A DNA stretch of 64,000 nucleotides from Rhizophagus irregularis (Eukaryota). The translations under genes were made by a program, and so were the position numbers. This document shows positions 1 to 12,420 of the stretch, piece after piece. A model generated the notes under the pieces. The model saw only the letters and a list, made by a program, of their open reading frames with translations, did no database searches and was not told the origin of the DNA. How positions within the stretch are numbered: the first letter of the stretch is position 1; each line of letters starts with the position of its first letter. The stretch spans positions 2,356,001 through 2,420,000 of the forward strand of contig NC_089431.1 of NCBI RefSeq assembly GCF_026210795.1, read 5' to 3'.

Positions 1-2400
1 TTTTTTGTTCCTAAAAAGTTCAAGAAGAAATGCTTATAAATTATTATTAACGCATTTGTACAAGATGTACATGAATAGTAATAAATTCGCTTAACTACGG
101 ATTATTGAGCGATTACAAAGATTGAGATCGCAGCTTGTTATTTTTTACCTCAATGAAGTCGTGTTTAACAATATATAAGCTTAAATAAATTGAAAACAAT
201 ATGTTAAAACATTTTCATTATTTAATCTTTTGTTCTCGTGTTTATATTATAGTAAAATATTTATTTGTATAATGTTTTATCGCTTTCTCTATTTATTAAA
301 TTATGATCATTAATAACATCATAATTTTATTTTTAACAATCAAAGTTTTTATGAATATTATCTAAATTAACAAAGAGGTATAATTATATAATTGGTTAAG
401 AAAAAACTTGATTTTCGGCGAGCTTTTCTTGTAACACTTTTGAACAATGACTTAAAGAGAACATGTTACACGACAATTCGAGTAGGATAATCTAAATCAG
501 TTTTGGTCGATCATTACATATTACAAATTTTAAATCGAACGAATTAATCTTATTTTTAGTAAAATAGGTAAATTAAAATCTAGGTTTTTAATTGTACTAC
601 ATATACTCTATATTTAGTTCTGCTTAAAAATATTAAGTTTTCTTACACTGAATTTCTTTTATTTTTAAAATGAATGAATGCTCTGAAATTTTGTAATAAA
701 TAACTTTGTAATAAATATTCGAATAAAGTATATAAACATATGTCAATTCTGTTGTGGATTCACTCGATTGAATTATTGGTCACTTATTAAACCTACATGA
801 TGTTTTTCAAATCACCGACAAATATTTTACTTAAATAAAAATAATTTTATTTAATTTGTAATGCAAATAATATAATTCAATTTTATCAATTAATCAATTA
901 TAAATATTGTTGAAATACAATATGCTCTGATTGAAAACAACTGAATTTTTTGAATCATTAAAAATGAATTATATAGTTTATAAAGAAATCCTGCTAATGT
1001 TTATAAAAGTCAAAAATTAATTTGTGCGTTTACTCGATCATAAAATAATAATATATCATATAAATAACGATGATTTGATTGTAAGTGAAACGTACCTGTC
1101 GGCTAAATAATTCAGTTGTTGCTAATTTGATTGCTGATAAATTGAACAAAACCCCTAGAGACGATAGATAATACTTAAATTGATTTCCGTGAGAATGAAA
1201 TGACACGACAAAGAACCTAACTTTAATACTATAATAGTCACGTGACAAAATTATGAATGGATTACATTGTTGAACGCATATGATATATCAGTAATACACC
1301 TATTTTTTCAAACATTGTTAAATCGAAGGGCGAGGTCCTCTCTTGGGAGGATGACGACTACCGAATTTTGGTTATTAAATGTAATAAACCCTGGTTACTA
1401 CTATTTTAGAAATAAAATAAAATAAAATAAATATATCAATACACCATATATTTTAATCATAAATAGCCTAGTTGTTAAGTAGGCAATTGCTCGGAGATAT
1501 TATTGGTGATAATTTGTGTCAAGATTAACCAATCATAAGCTATAATTAGGGATCAAATTATCACGTTGCCTAATAATTTTCTCCGATATTATGAATGTAT
1601 ATACCACTAAAATTATATAGGTAATATTTTTTCAAGAACATTAACCATATTAACCCAGCATGCAATGGAGACAAAGCATGCTAAGTTAATCATCATCGAC
1701 GAATCCAACAAACTATGTTTGTCTTTCTACATCCACTACATGATGAGTTACATGGTTCAACGTTCCTAAAAAAGTTATTTCCAGTTAATTTGGATATTAT
1801 TTTTTACTTTCAATGTAAGATTTCTATTATACAAATTAAATTATTTTAAGTTAAAATAACCATCAAACCATCAAATTTCCATATGGTAGCCGTAGACGAT
1901 CATTGAACGGCATATAGTTATCCCCTATTTATAAGACCCAGGTACTTTACTACTCCTTAATTCTGGTAAAGTTGTATTGTGCTCCCCTCCTATAATACCC
2001 GGTATCTCCCAAAATACCCCGGGTATTATTCAATTTTTGTGCCAGGTTTTTGTATAAGACCCGGGGTACTAGTATATGCAGTGCTAGATTATTCTGGAGC
2101 GGAGCGAAGGACCTATATTATCTAGAAAGCCCTGTAAAAAACAAAAACTTTATCTGTAATTTTTGTGAATATGATGAATAAAGAACACGAACTCAATTTT
2201 TTTAGGAAAGAGTAACACAATGTCTTATACGTGATTTGTGACTCGTGTTGTTGATTTATTAAACTTTTATTTACCGCTCCGGACTCAATAACGGTTTCCG
2301 AATAAGGTTGCAATACAGACATTTACTAATTGGTGATTTATGTTGGTACAACCAGTTACTAAGTTGTATAAAAAATACCTATTACGTAAGCCTGATAAAA

Positions 2401-2570
2401 CAGTTACTCGGCACAACGTCACCTCGTAACTGCGGTACTATTGTGCATTACATGTATTTGCAATAAGAATATGATCAGTGAAATTTGCTGAGCTGCGCTC
2501 AGTAAATCCCACAAATCATATTGCTTATTGCAAATACAACAGTTACTCGGCACAAAGTGCCGAGTAACTA
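2401..2570. mobile_element. Small foldback/MITE-like element with two terminal hairpins and a palindromic core
   Basis: cagttactcggcacaa occurs at 2401 and 2540, each folding back (…gtaactg / …gccgagtaact). The core gtatttgcaataagaatatgat…atcatattgcttattgcaaatac is an inverted repeat centred on gctgagctgcgctcagt. Confidence 0.55.
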
Positions 2571-3264
2571 TTAAATATTTCGAGTTACAATCTAGGTGGG
2601 TTGTAATATTATAAACATAAGTTGTAAATTTGTTGCTAATTCTGATTTACACCTATTTACGGCAAATATATATGGCGGTTCTTTGAATGAGAAAACATTT
2701 TGTTAATTATTATTCATCTTTCTTTATTTTGACATGTTTGATTTAAATGTAAGTAAAACTATGGCTATATAATCGTAAAAAGTTTTTTGAATTTTGACTA
2801 AAATATTGGCGTTAAAAGGTTAAACGGCTGTATTTCAGATAATTTCATGATTAAAAATTTAATTTTATTTTTTTGCGTTTTTTTATAAATTCCTAATTAT
2901 ATTTACTTTTTATTTCGTATACAGTATTTCGAGTATTTCGTTATTATTTATGAATCACCGGTAGTGATAATTAACACTATTCCTTTTTTCGTACATTTGT
3001 AGTTATTATCGCACCATTCGATTAAAAAATTTTAATTTATTAAAGTGATATTAATTTTACGTAATCACGATTATGTACTGATTGCGTTGTACAAATTGAT
3101 TAATAATGTTTGCATAACGATAATATTTAATTGAAAGAATTAAAGCCACGTTACGTTTGTCAATTATTAGACGCTGTGTTGTTCTTACATCTAACTAAAC
3201 TATTAAAAGAGGGGAACATATTGCCATGGCTTTGGGAAAATAGTTAGATTTGATTTCGCCGTAA

Positions 3265-3537
3265 TGTCGAAAAATTGCCCAGATTCGCCTTGCCAGAGAT
3301 TTAGCATAATGCCGGGAAATACGAAAAATTGTCAGATTTGCCAGAGATTTAACATAATGCTAGAAATTGAGATGTCGAAAAATTGCCAGATTTTTCTTGC
3401 CAGAGATTTCCAGGAAATACGAAAAATTGCCAAATTTGCAAGAGATTTAACATAACGCCAGAAATTGGGATGTCGAAAAATTGCCAGATTTTCTTGCCAG
3501 AGATTTGGAAATATTAGATGTCGAAAAATTGCCAGAA
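3265..3537. repeat. Degenerate tandem repeat, six ~45-55 bp units in alternating A/B pattern
   Basis: The core cgaaaaattgccagattt…tgccagagattt recurs six times, with units alternately starting tgtcg and tacg. One dispersed copy is at ~15366. Confidence 0.85.
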
Positions 3538-5772
3538 GGTTCAAAAAACAGAACCTTGAAAGAGTTGTAATTCAAATTGGGTTGTCACATTTTGTGGACC
3601 CAAATTTGCGATCATATTTAAATTATTAATCGGACGTATCGGATGTCCGAAATTAATTGGACTTTTGCGAAGAATTCTTTCTTTTCTTCTTTTACTTATA
3701 TTAGATAAGGAGGCCATTATTGAAATTATTATTATAGAAAAGAGAGAGGAATTTTTTTTTTTCGTAAAAAAAATTGACTGATGAAAGACAAAATATTCGC
3801 AATTAAATATTTATGTTCAGTCTAGGCACATAACATATTAGTCATCCAGTACTTATATAGATCACTCGATCATAATTCGATTCTTACTTTATAAGGGGGT
3901 TTGCACAGAGCACGCGTTAATAATTGTTACTATATATGACGATAAAAAGTCATGTTACCGAAAACAAATAATAAATTTGTTGACATGAAGTTAGCGTACA
4001 ATAAAAATGATAAAGGAATTTTTTTTCCATTTACGAATAAAAATCTGATAATTGGCTCGTTTGAGTAAATGTGGCAAAGCATTATCAATAATGGCGCTAA
4101 ATTTTTTTTCTAAAGGCTGCATTTAATTTAAAGTGCATATTAAATCCGCGCGAAAAAAACTTTTCCTCACATTAAACCTTAATTTAACAATCAAAAATAA
4201 ACTATTCCAGAATAAGATTGGAAAATCTCCGTAGAAAAGCTTTTTTCTATTTTTAAATTTTTTTTTTTTTTTTATTAAAACATAATAAAACATTGATTGA
4301 TTTGTTTACGTATAATTTTAGAATCAATCATTTCAAAGTTTAAAACGATTCGAACTTTCCAAAGCATCCAAGATGGGAGGACTACTATATCCTAAAGAAA
4401 AAAAATGCGGTTCAGTAATTTTTTTTTCATATTTGTCAATAATAATTTTTACTTTAATGATGATAAGTGAGCTTTTAGAGAGACAAACAAAAATCAGAAT
4501 GAAATAATAATTTTGGAAACAATAATGGACAATATCGTAATCATTTGCTATTATATTTTTCTTCTGCATTTAATTTATTTTGCATTAAAGGTTTTCAACC
4601 GCGTGGTAATAGTTCACGTCGATTTTACCGAGAAATCCCGAAAGAATTTCTATCTTTTTTTCACGATTTCCGTCTAGATAAGATAAAGCAAGGGTCTCCG
4701 CATACATGTGGCCCGTTAACCAAACTAGATTACTTTTACTTTGGGAAATTTTAATTAATGGTAAACTACATACATTTCCTAAAAAAATCACAAAGTGAAA
4801 AATTTTTTTATATTCTATCACGATATTCATGCAGATGGTAAGTCACATTGAGCATTTTTAGTGTTACCGATTGAACAATAGGCTACCAAAATCTTTCCAA
4901 ATATGATGTAATGAATAAATAACAAATGAAGAAATTTTTGAATGAAAAAAAAAAATTCTGCATACAATTATTAAAAAAAGAAATATTTCTTTGTCTAAGT
5001 TGGATTCGTATTTATTAGTTTAGACTACGGTACCCCTAAAATAGGAATCCCTTCAGCTATAATTAAATTTTTTTTTTTGGAAAAGGAAGTTCTAGTCATT
5101 ATACACCGGTCTAGACTTAAGTTGGGGCGTCAAATACTTATTTCATACTAATCGTAGTTCCTAATAGTCTTAAAAAAAAGGACCCGCTGAAAATAAATTA
5201 TTCTTCCTCCTCTCTTCATTTATATTCTTTAAATCTTAAAGATTATAATTCACATTGAAAAGTACTTTCTGGCCAAGTTCAAAGAGGAGTATGCAGACCT
5301 CACTGAGAAGACCAAATGTGAATCTTGAGATGTTTGCTTGGCATAAAAGAATTATTTAAATGTAATTCATCCATTTTTTAAGTTAAATTCAAATCTTTTA
5401 AATATTCAAATGATGTAAAATCAGTGCAGAATTTCAAAATCAGAATAAATACCTTAATAGATTAAAACCGATATACTATCTATAGGAAACCTAAAAATTA
5501 ATATTTCCCAAGTAACTACAAAGATAAACTTTTAAATAACAATAATTTCTAAAATTTTTCATTATAATATAGCACTATCTACAGTATTACTGAAAAACAT
5601 TTTAAATTAAGAGGTATTTAATATATAATATTATTATACTTTGTATTTTCAAAGACTTTTTTTTTTTGAAACTCTTTAAGCTCTTCAGTTAAAAATGAAA
5701 CTTTATTATTTTATTAGGCAAATATAACTAAAATAATTTAAATTACTTTGTCTATATTTTTTAAAATAACTA

Positions 5773-5946
5773 CAGTCAGACCTCCATAATTGCATACTCC
5801 TTAGAATTATATGCATAATTTTCAAAGTAGTGCATTTAGAAGGGGTGTACATTTATAAAGGTAAAATATAAAACCAGAAGGTGCATTTAGAAAGGGTATA
5901 CATAGTGGATGCAATTATAGAGAGTGCAATTATGAAGGTCTGACTG
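5773..5946. mobile_element. Tc1/mariner-type MITE, 174 bp
   Basis: TIRs cagtcagacctccataattgca / tgcaattatgaaggtctgactg, flanked by TA on both sides (5771-5772, 5947-5948). Confidence 0.9.
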
Positions 5947-6355
5947 TATTATATGAAATTTTTAATATTAGCCATTTATAAATTAAACTTTTATTAGTAC
6001 AAAAATTATAGATTATTATTAATCTTATTAATATAATAAGTAATATTGCTAAAACTTTTTATATATCATACTGTATTATTTAAAGTATTTTAGGTTTAAA
6101 ATAAAATAAACTTATATAAGACCAAGTAAATAAAATTATTTGTTTTTTATAACTGGATGGGTCATATAAATGTTACAAAAAGATAAAAAAATTTATTTTA
6201 ATCATGTAATTTTAGTTTTGACCAATCATAATCATAAAAAAGTAATTTCTTTTTCCACCTGATAATTTGGACAAAAAATTTATTAAATTAACCAATCATC
6301 TTCTAGGAATCAGCTAAATTTTTTTGAAAAATAAATTTTTTTTTGGACAGTTGGA

Positions 6356-6671
6356 TAGAACTTGGACTCAAGTTAGGATGAGTTAATTTGAGTAAAACGA
6401 ATCAAGAATTTTTTTGACTCAAAGAGTACTCAAGTCTAAAATTCAAATCAGAACTCGAGTTAACTCAAGTTAATTTGAGTCAAAGTTAAAGTGCAGGCTA
6501 AAAAACTTATTCATAATTTTATCTAGACCGTTATAGCATAGTGTTAGCAGGAATTACAAATAGAATTCAGCTGGCACTATCAACCATGTGATTCTGGTTG
6601 ATTCGAGTCAAGAAATTTTTAACTCAAGTGCGAGTTCAACTTGAATCAACTCGAGTTACACGAGTGCTCTA
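6356..6671. mobile_element. Degenerate hAT-like MITE(s) rich in ctcgagt/ctcaagt motifs
   Basis: TAGA…TCTA termini. The flanks cagttgga / tagttggg match at 6 of 8 positions (possible 8-bp TSD). An internal gtgcaggcta at ~6490-6500 may be an alternative terminus. Confidence 0.45.
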
Positions 6672-8036
6672 TAGTTGGGTCAAATCTGGCAATTTTTTTC
6701 ATAAAAAATAAATAATTTTATTATAAACTTTATTTTTTTTTTAGTAAAAATATGTCTTTATTTCTTTATTTTATTTAATATTTATATTATTTCCTTTATA
6801 TTATAAATTAAAATAATTACATGATATCAAGTAAATTGGAATTTCTTTTTAAAAAAATTAATTTTTTTACTTTTTCTGGTTTTAAACTCTTTAATATTGT
6901 TATTATATTCTGTTTCTTGATCTTCTTTTATAATAAATTTATAATAGTCAAAAAAAAAAATTAGTTAAATATTGTCTATTAAAGAATTTTTTTTATCAAT
7001 GATCAGTCTATTTATTTTATACACAAATAGACGTCAAATTAATGAAATCATGTGACAAATTTGAATAAATTCAAATTTTATAAAACATTTAAATTTCATG
7101 ACATTCAAATATCAAATAATATTTGAATTTAATAACATATTTGAATCTATTTATAGATTCAAATTTTAATATTTCAGTTTCAAATATAGATTTAATTATG
7201 ATTTACAAACAAATGTTTGAATATTTTAATTTCAAATGAAAGCTCTATATACTACTGATTAATATGATATACTAATTCATTATAAATCTATAATGCAGTC
7301 CTTCTATATTAATTCCTATACTTTTACACTATTATTGGTAGTGATGTTTACAGTAAAATTCTTTTAATTTTTAAGGCTATATTAAGAAATACCACCTTAA
7401 TAACTGCATTAAGGGTAATCAATCTTCAATAATATTTTATTAATATTATTTAAATGAAAATACTGACTACCCTAAATTTTTTTTATTAGTTTAAATGAAC
7501 TTTATTAATTATTAAAATATTACTTTAATAATATATATTAATTAATATTAGTTTTATAAAAAATCTTATTTTAAATAAGATTTTTTTTAATTAATAATAT
7601 TCAATTATATATATAATACTAATTTTAACCAATATGAATGTTTAATTTTATATTATATAAGATTTTACTTAATCCCTCACTTCTTAAAATATTAGATTAA
7701 TTAAACTAAATAAATTTTAAATTTGTAAGTATTATTTATTTTATAAGATTTTTTATTTTTTTTATTTTTAAATAAATAAAATAAATGGATATTAGAATTC
7801 TGATAAATTTAATTATTAATATTTTTTTTAAAAAATTATAATAAGTTTCTTCTTTTTGTTTAGAGGGTAGTGAAAGCACATACTGAAGCTATAGAATAAT
7901 AATAATCCTATATAATCTGATAGCTACTATAGGAGGATATAAGTAAATTTTATATTGGTGATATCGATGGTAGGGCATGAAAGTAATCTATAAGATGGAA
8001 ACCCGGTTTAGAGTTTTAATAGATTAGTTATGCTTA

Positions 8037-8545
8037 TCCTATGAAAAAAAATTTCTTTAAAATATACTTAAAATGTACTTATATATTTTAAAATATATCT
8101 AAAATGTACTTAAAATTTTTAAATGTACTTATAATATACTTAAAATTGCAATTTTAAGATATTTAAAGTATAAAATTTTATACTTAAATTACATTTAAAA
8201 TATACTAATCTTGCAATTTAAATATAATTTAAGTACTTATAAGTAAAATTTTATACTTTAAATTGTAAATTTTAAGTATATTTAAAGTATAAATTTTATA
8301 CTTAAAAAATCACATTTAAAATATACTTAATTGCAATTTAAATATAATTTAAGTATAATTTAAGTGCAAAATTTTATACTTTAAATATATTTAAAATTGC
8401 AATTTTAAGTATATTTTAAGTATATTTTAAAATGTTAAGTATATTTTAGGTATATTTTAAAATATATAAGTATATTTTAAGTATATTTTAAAAAAATACA
8501 TAAGTATATTTTAAGTACATTTTAAAGAATTTTTTTTTTATAGGG
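8037..8545. mobile_element. ~510-bp fully palindromic (foldback) TIR element with 3-bp TSD
   Basis: Ends (t/c)cctat(g/a)aaaaaaa…ttttttataggg, with tta on both flanks (8034-8036, 8546-8548). Arms are built of ~11-bp aaaatatactt / aagtatatttt repeats in inverted orientation. Confidence 0.85.
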
Positions 8546-8662
8546 TTATAGCAGAAATATCTGTAATTCCATATAACTAATAAACTTATGAATTGCACTA
8601 CTTTGCAAAAAAAAAGAAATTATAATAAGTTTATTAAAAATTAATTTTATTATATTATTTAT

Positions 8663-11600
8663 GGATGATCTTAACGCTCACCAGGGGTAAAATTCACCAC
8701 AGGTAAAATTCACCAGAAATAAAATATTACGTAATTTAAATTTTTATTTTTAAAAAAATAAAAAAACAAAACAAAAACAAAACAAAACAAAAATTTTAAA
8801 AATTCCAATTTTTAACATGGCATTATATCATCAAAAATATAATAAAAAGTATAATTTAAATGAATAAAAACGTGTAGAATTTTCTCCTCTTTCTAATGAA
8901 TATTTTATTATGATTATTGAGTAAAAAATGATTAAGTTTCATTAGAAGCAATGAATTAAAAAAAAAAATTTTTGGAAAAGACTTTATTTTTTTTCCCAAA
9001 CCTCCCAAACCTCCCATCCACCTGTGAACAGCAGTTCTTTATATAGATTTTTCTCTTCCCCCTAAAAAACGTATCGCAACATTGTACAATTTCACGTTCG
9101 CTCTAATTAAGTAATACGTAACGCAATTAAATTATTAATTAGTATAATGCGCATATATATATTACTTTATCAACTATTAGATAATCAAATGATCTAACGA
9201 ACCTATATATATCATGCACTGCATCTTATCGTTACATTAACATCACACTTGCTGTCTTACTCTCTTATACTTGGACATTTCTTTTGATAATGTCCCGGTT
9301 TTTTGCATAACAAACATTTTCGTTGCGACTTTGATGTTCCTCCACTATCATCAGTCTCTTGTACATTAACATGATTTAAAGTTTCATGCATTACCTTTTT
9401 TCTTCCCATCACTTCAATACTACTCTTCATTCTTTTTTTACAAGGAGCTCCCCGAATTTTAGTAACATAAGGATCTGCTGTTATATCAATTAGTTGTTGT
9501 TGTAAAGGAAGTATATTATTTTGATTTTCGTCATGTTCAATATTTTCTACTTCCATATTATTTTCTAAATCAACTGCATTTCGACTTCTTTGTTTAGTTG
9601 AAATAAAATCTCTTAACAATTTTACTAATTCGTTATCACATCCAGTTTCTAATGCAATATTAATTGCAGTCTTTGCAGTTGAAAATGCTACTCCAAATTT
9701 ATTTCTTTTAGGAATAATTTGTTGAATAATTTCGTTATTATAAGATCCTTGAAAATGCTTTTTCAAACTTTGAAGAGTAAAATCTACTGTATGTAGCATT
9801 GCTGTATTAGATGATTCTACTGCTGTAAGAACAGGTGAATTTTCAAGTATACTACTACTTAATTTCGTTAAAATATCATCTTTGTACCATCTAATAGGAA
9901 TAATACTAATATGAAATTTTGCTGTATTAGAATAAAGCATAACTCTCCAAAAATGGCGGCAAATTATTCCTTTTGTAATTGTTTCCAAACAAGTACAAAT
10001 ATGTGATCCATCATTAAAAAGAACTACTAAATTTTCTTTTTGAGAAATACCTCCTACTCGACGAATTTTCCAAGTTTCAACAACATTTGATATATCCATA
10101 TCATTTAATATAGATTTTAACATTACTTGTGGTTCATCTACTATATCTTCTACGAAATTATCATCTGGAGTATTAGAAGGTGAGTTCTGTAATGAAAAAT
10201 AATGTTTTTTATTTATAAATGTCAATTAATATCAATAGTTTTATTTTTTAAGAAATAATACATACATTAAATGAACAAGATATTAATTGCCCTTCATAAG
10301 TAAATGATTGTGAAATTTGAAAACGTTGTAAAGATAATATAAGAGGAGTTAAAAATTCAACAATAACTGTATCAACATCTGAAAAAAATTGAGAAGAAAG
10401 ATGTGGAAGTCCAACTGTTGTATACTTTACTTTAAGATCTGTTAATTGACAATATCTAATTTCTTCTTCATATCTCTTATTTATAGCTTCTTCCACCTCA
10501 CAAAGAGTACTTCGTACTATTTAAAGACCTTTTAATAATATTATTAAACGATTCTACACTTTGGGTACTTTGTATACCACCATTAAACTGGAATGGCATA
10601 TATGCTTTAGCCCAACTAATTCTATTATTATATAATGTTCTAGTCATATAACGTTCACAGTTTGGAAATGATTTTATCATAAATTCCCAACGTTGTTCAA
10701 AAATCTCTATACATAATGCATTTCTACATGCATAGAAAGCTTTACTAAAATTACTAAAGTTTTCGCCTAATTTGGATTTAAGATGCTTTATAATATTCTG
10801 CCATATATGAAATATACAATAAAAATGTGGTGTATTTGGAAAAACTTGAGCAACAGCATTAATTAATCCAGGTTCAGAATCAGTCCAAAATGATTTTGGA
10901 ATTATATTGTCAGTTGCTTTTACCAAACATTGTAAAATCCAAGTGTATGTTGAAGAAAGTTCATCTTCTATTAAAGCATTTGCCACATTGCGAAATCTTC
11001 CATAGTTATCTTTTATCGCCAAATCTGCTTAAGTACTATTATACTTGTTAGTTTTACAAGTATTGTCATTTAATACTATATCAGAAAATCACCTATACAA
11101 TTCTAGTTGACTAGGAGACATCCAAAATATACCTGATAGGTGATTTTCACTATCAGTATGACGAACAAAAACTTTCCAACGTGAGTCTTGAGTCATTTTT
11201 TCAAATAAGATATCAAGAAATAATAAAGAGTCAGGTCTTTCATTTTTATTATTCTGGCATAAATTATAAATAGCATTATAAATGTCTTGTTTATGAAATA
11301 CATGTTCTGGATACTTTCTTTTAAGAATTTCTAGTTGTATAATAGGTGCAACTTTGCAATCCAAAAAAAATTTCAAGTCTTTTATCATTTCGTTATCAAA
11401 ACGTCTATATCTAGCAATGATATGAGGTAATTGGGTAGGGGTTTACTTCATGATTATGTATATCTTTTAATGATGTACATTTTACTTGATTTGCCGTTTT
11501 TGGAAATGAGAAGTTGCAGCTGCCACTCACAATTTGTCTTTATAGTACCACGTAAACGATGCAATTTCTGATCTATTACTTTTCTGGATTCATATTTTCC

Positions 11601-12420
11601 ATTTGAAGAACAACGAAATGATTTACGTCGTATAATAGTAAAATCATTTGGATCTTTATCATTTCGATAAACTTGATATCCAAACCCTCTTTCTAAACAA
11701 TATTGATGCATAAATGTATCAACTGATTGCCAATCATCAAAATAATCTCCTATAGTAAGATTATACTGATAAATCTGTTCAGATAATGATTCAAAATGTT
11801 CTTCAAAAGGTAGTTCAAAAGGAGTTTCACAAGAAGGTTCAGAAGAAAGTTCAGAAGAAGGTTCAGGGAGATAACTCTAAAGAAGAAATTTCGAAAGTAA
11901 GCTTCTAAAGAAAGGTTAATAGATGGTTTAGAAGGTGTTTTAAGAGAAAAACTATCTATGTTTGTAAAATTATGATTAAAATCTGGTTCAACAACTGGTA
12001 AAAAATTTATAGCAAAATTATCATTAAATGGTGATAATAAAAAGTCTAAAGTTTCAGAATATGGCGAAAAAAATGCATTTGTCTTATATATATCTTTATT
12101 ATAATCATTAGAATCCTCCATATTGTTTATATTCTTTAAAGAAAATTATAAAAACAAAAAAAGAAAAATGGCGTTTTAAAAGGTTTAAAAGTTTGTTTAT
12201 ACATTATGTAAATTAGGGTAAAATTCACCGAAGGTGAATTTCACCATAAAATTTTAAAAATTTAATGTAACACATGTATGTAATACATGTAAATCAAGGT
12301 GAAATTCACCATTAAATTACTAAAATTTGGTATTTTAATAAAAATTTATAAAAATTGAAGTGAAATTCACCACTGGTGAATTAATTTTAAATTAACCACT
12401 GGTGAATATAAAATTAATCC
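8663..12420 (-). mobile_element. Mutator/MULE DNA transposon, full length, transposase disrupted
   Basis: Perfect 9-bp TSD attatttat (8654-8662, 12421-12429). Imperfect GG-initiated TIRs: ggatgatcttaacgctcaccagggg versus the reverse complement ggattaattttatattcaccagtgg, with repeated aaattcacc subterminal motifs. Encloses the transposase ORF fragments. Confidence 0.93.
9257..12121 (-). pseudogene. MULE/FAR1-type transposase pseudogene
   Basis: FAR1-like N-terminus (GF…RRKSFRC…KTNC), MULE DDE core (NDNTCKTN, WTDSEPGL, HFYCIFHI, QSTQSVES), SWIM finger (CTC…GIICRH) and C-terminal CCHC knuckle (CLLCKKPGHYQKKC). Split by several frameshifts and a TGA at ~11089. One GT-AG intron at ~10189-10263. 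Confidence 0.9.

Noticed and set aside
3264..3544. CRISPR-like array, or coding ORFs of 63/70 aa
   Set aside because: The inter-repeat segments resemble each other rather than being unique spacers, the context is eukaryotic with no cas genes, and the ORFs are by-products of the repeat.
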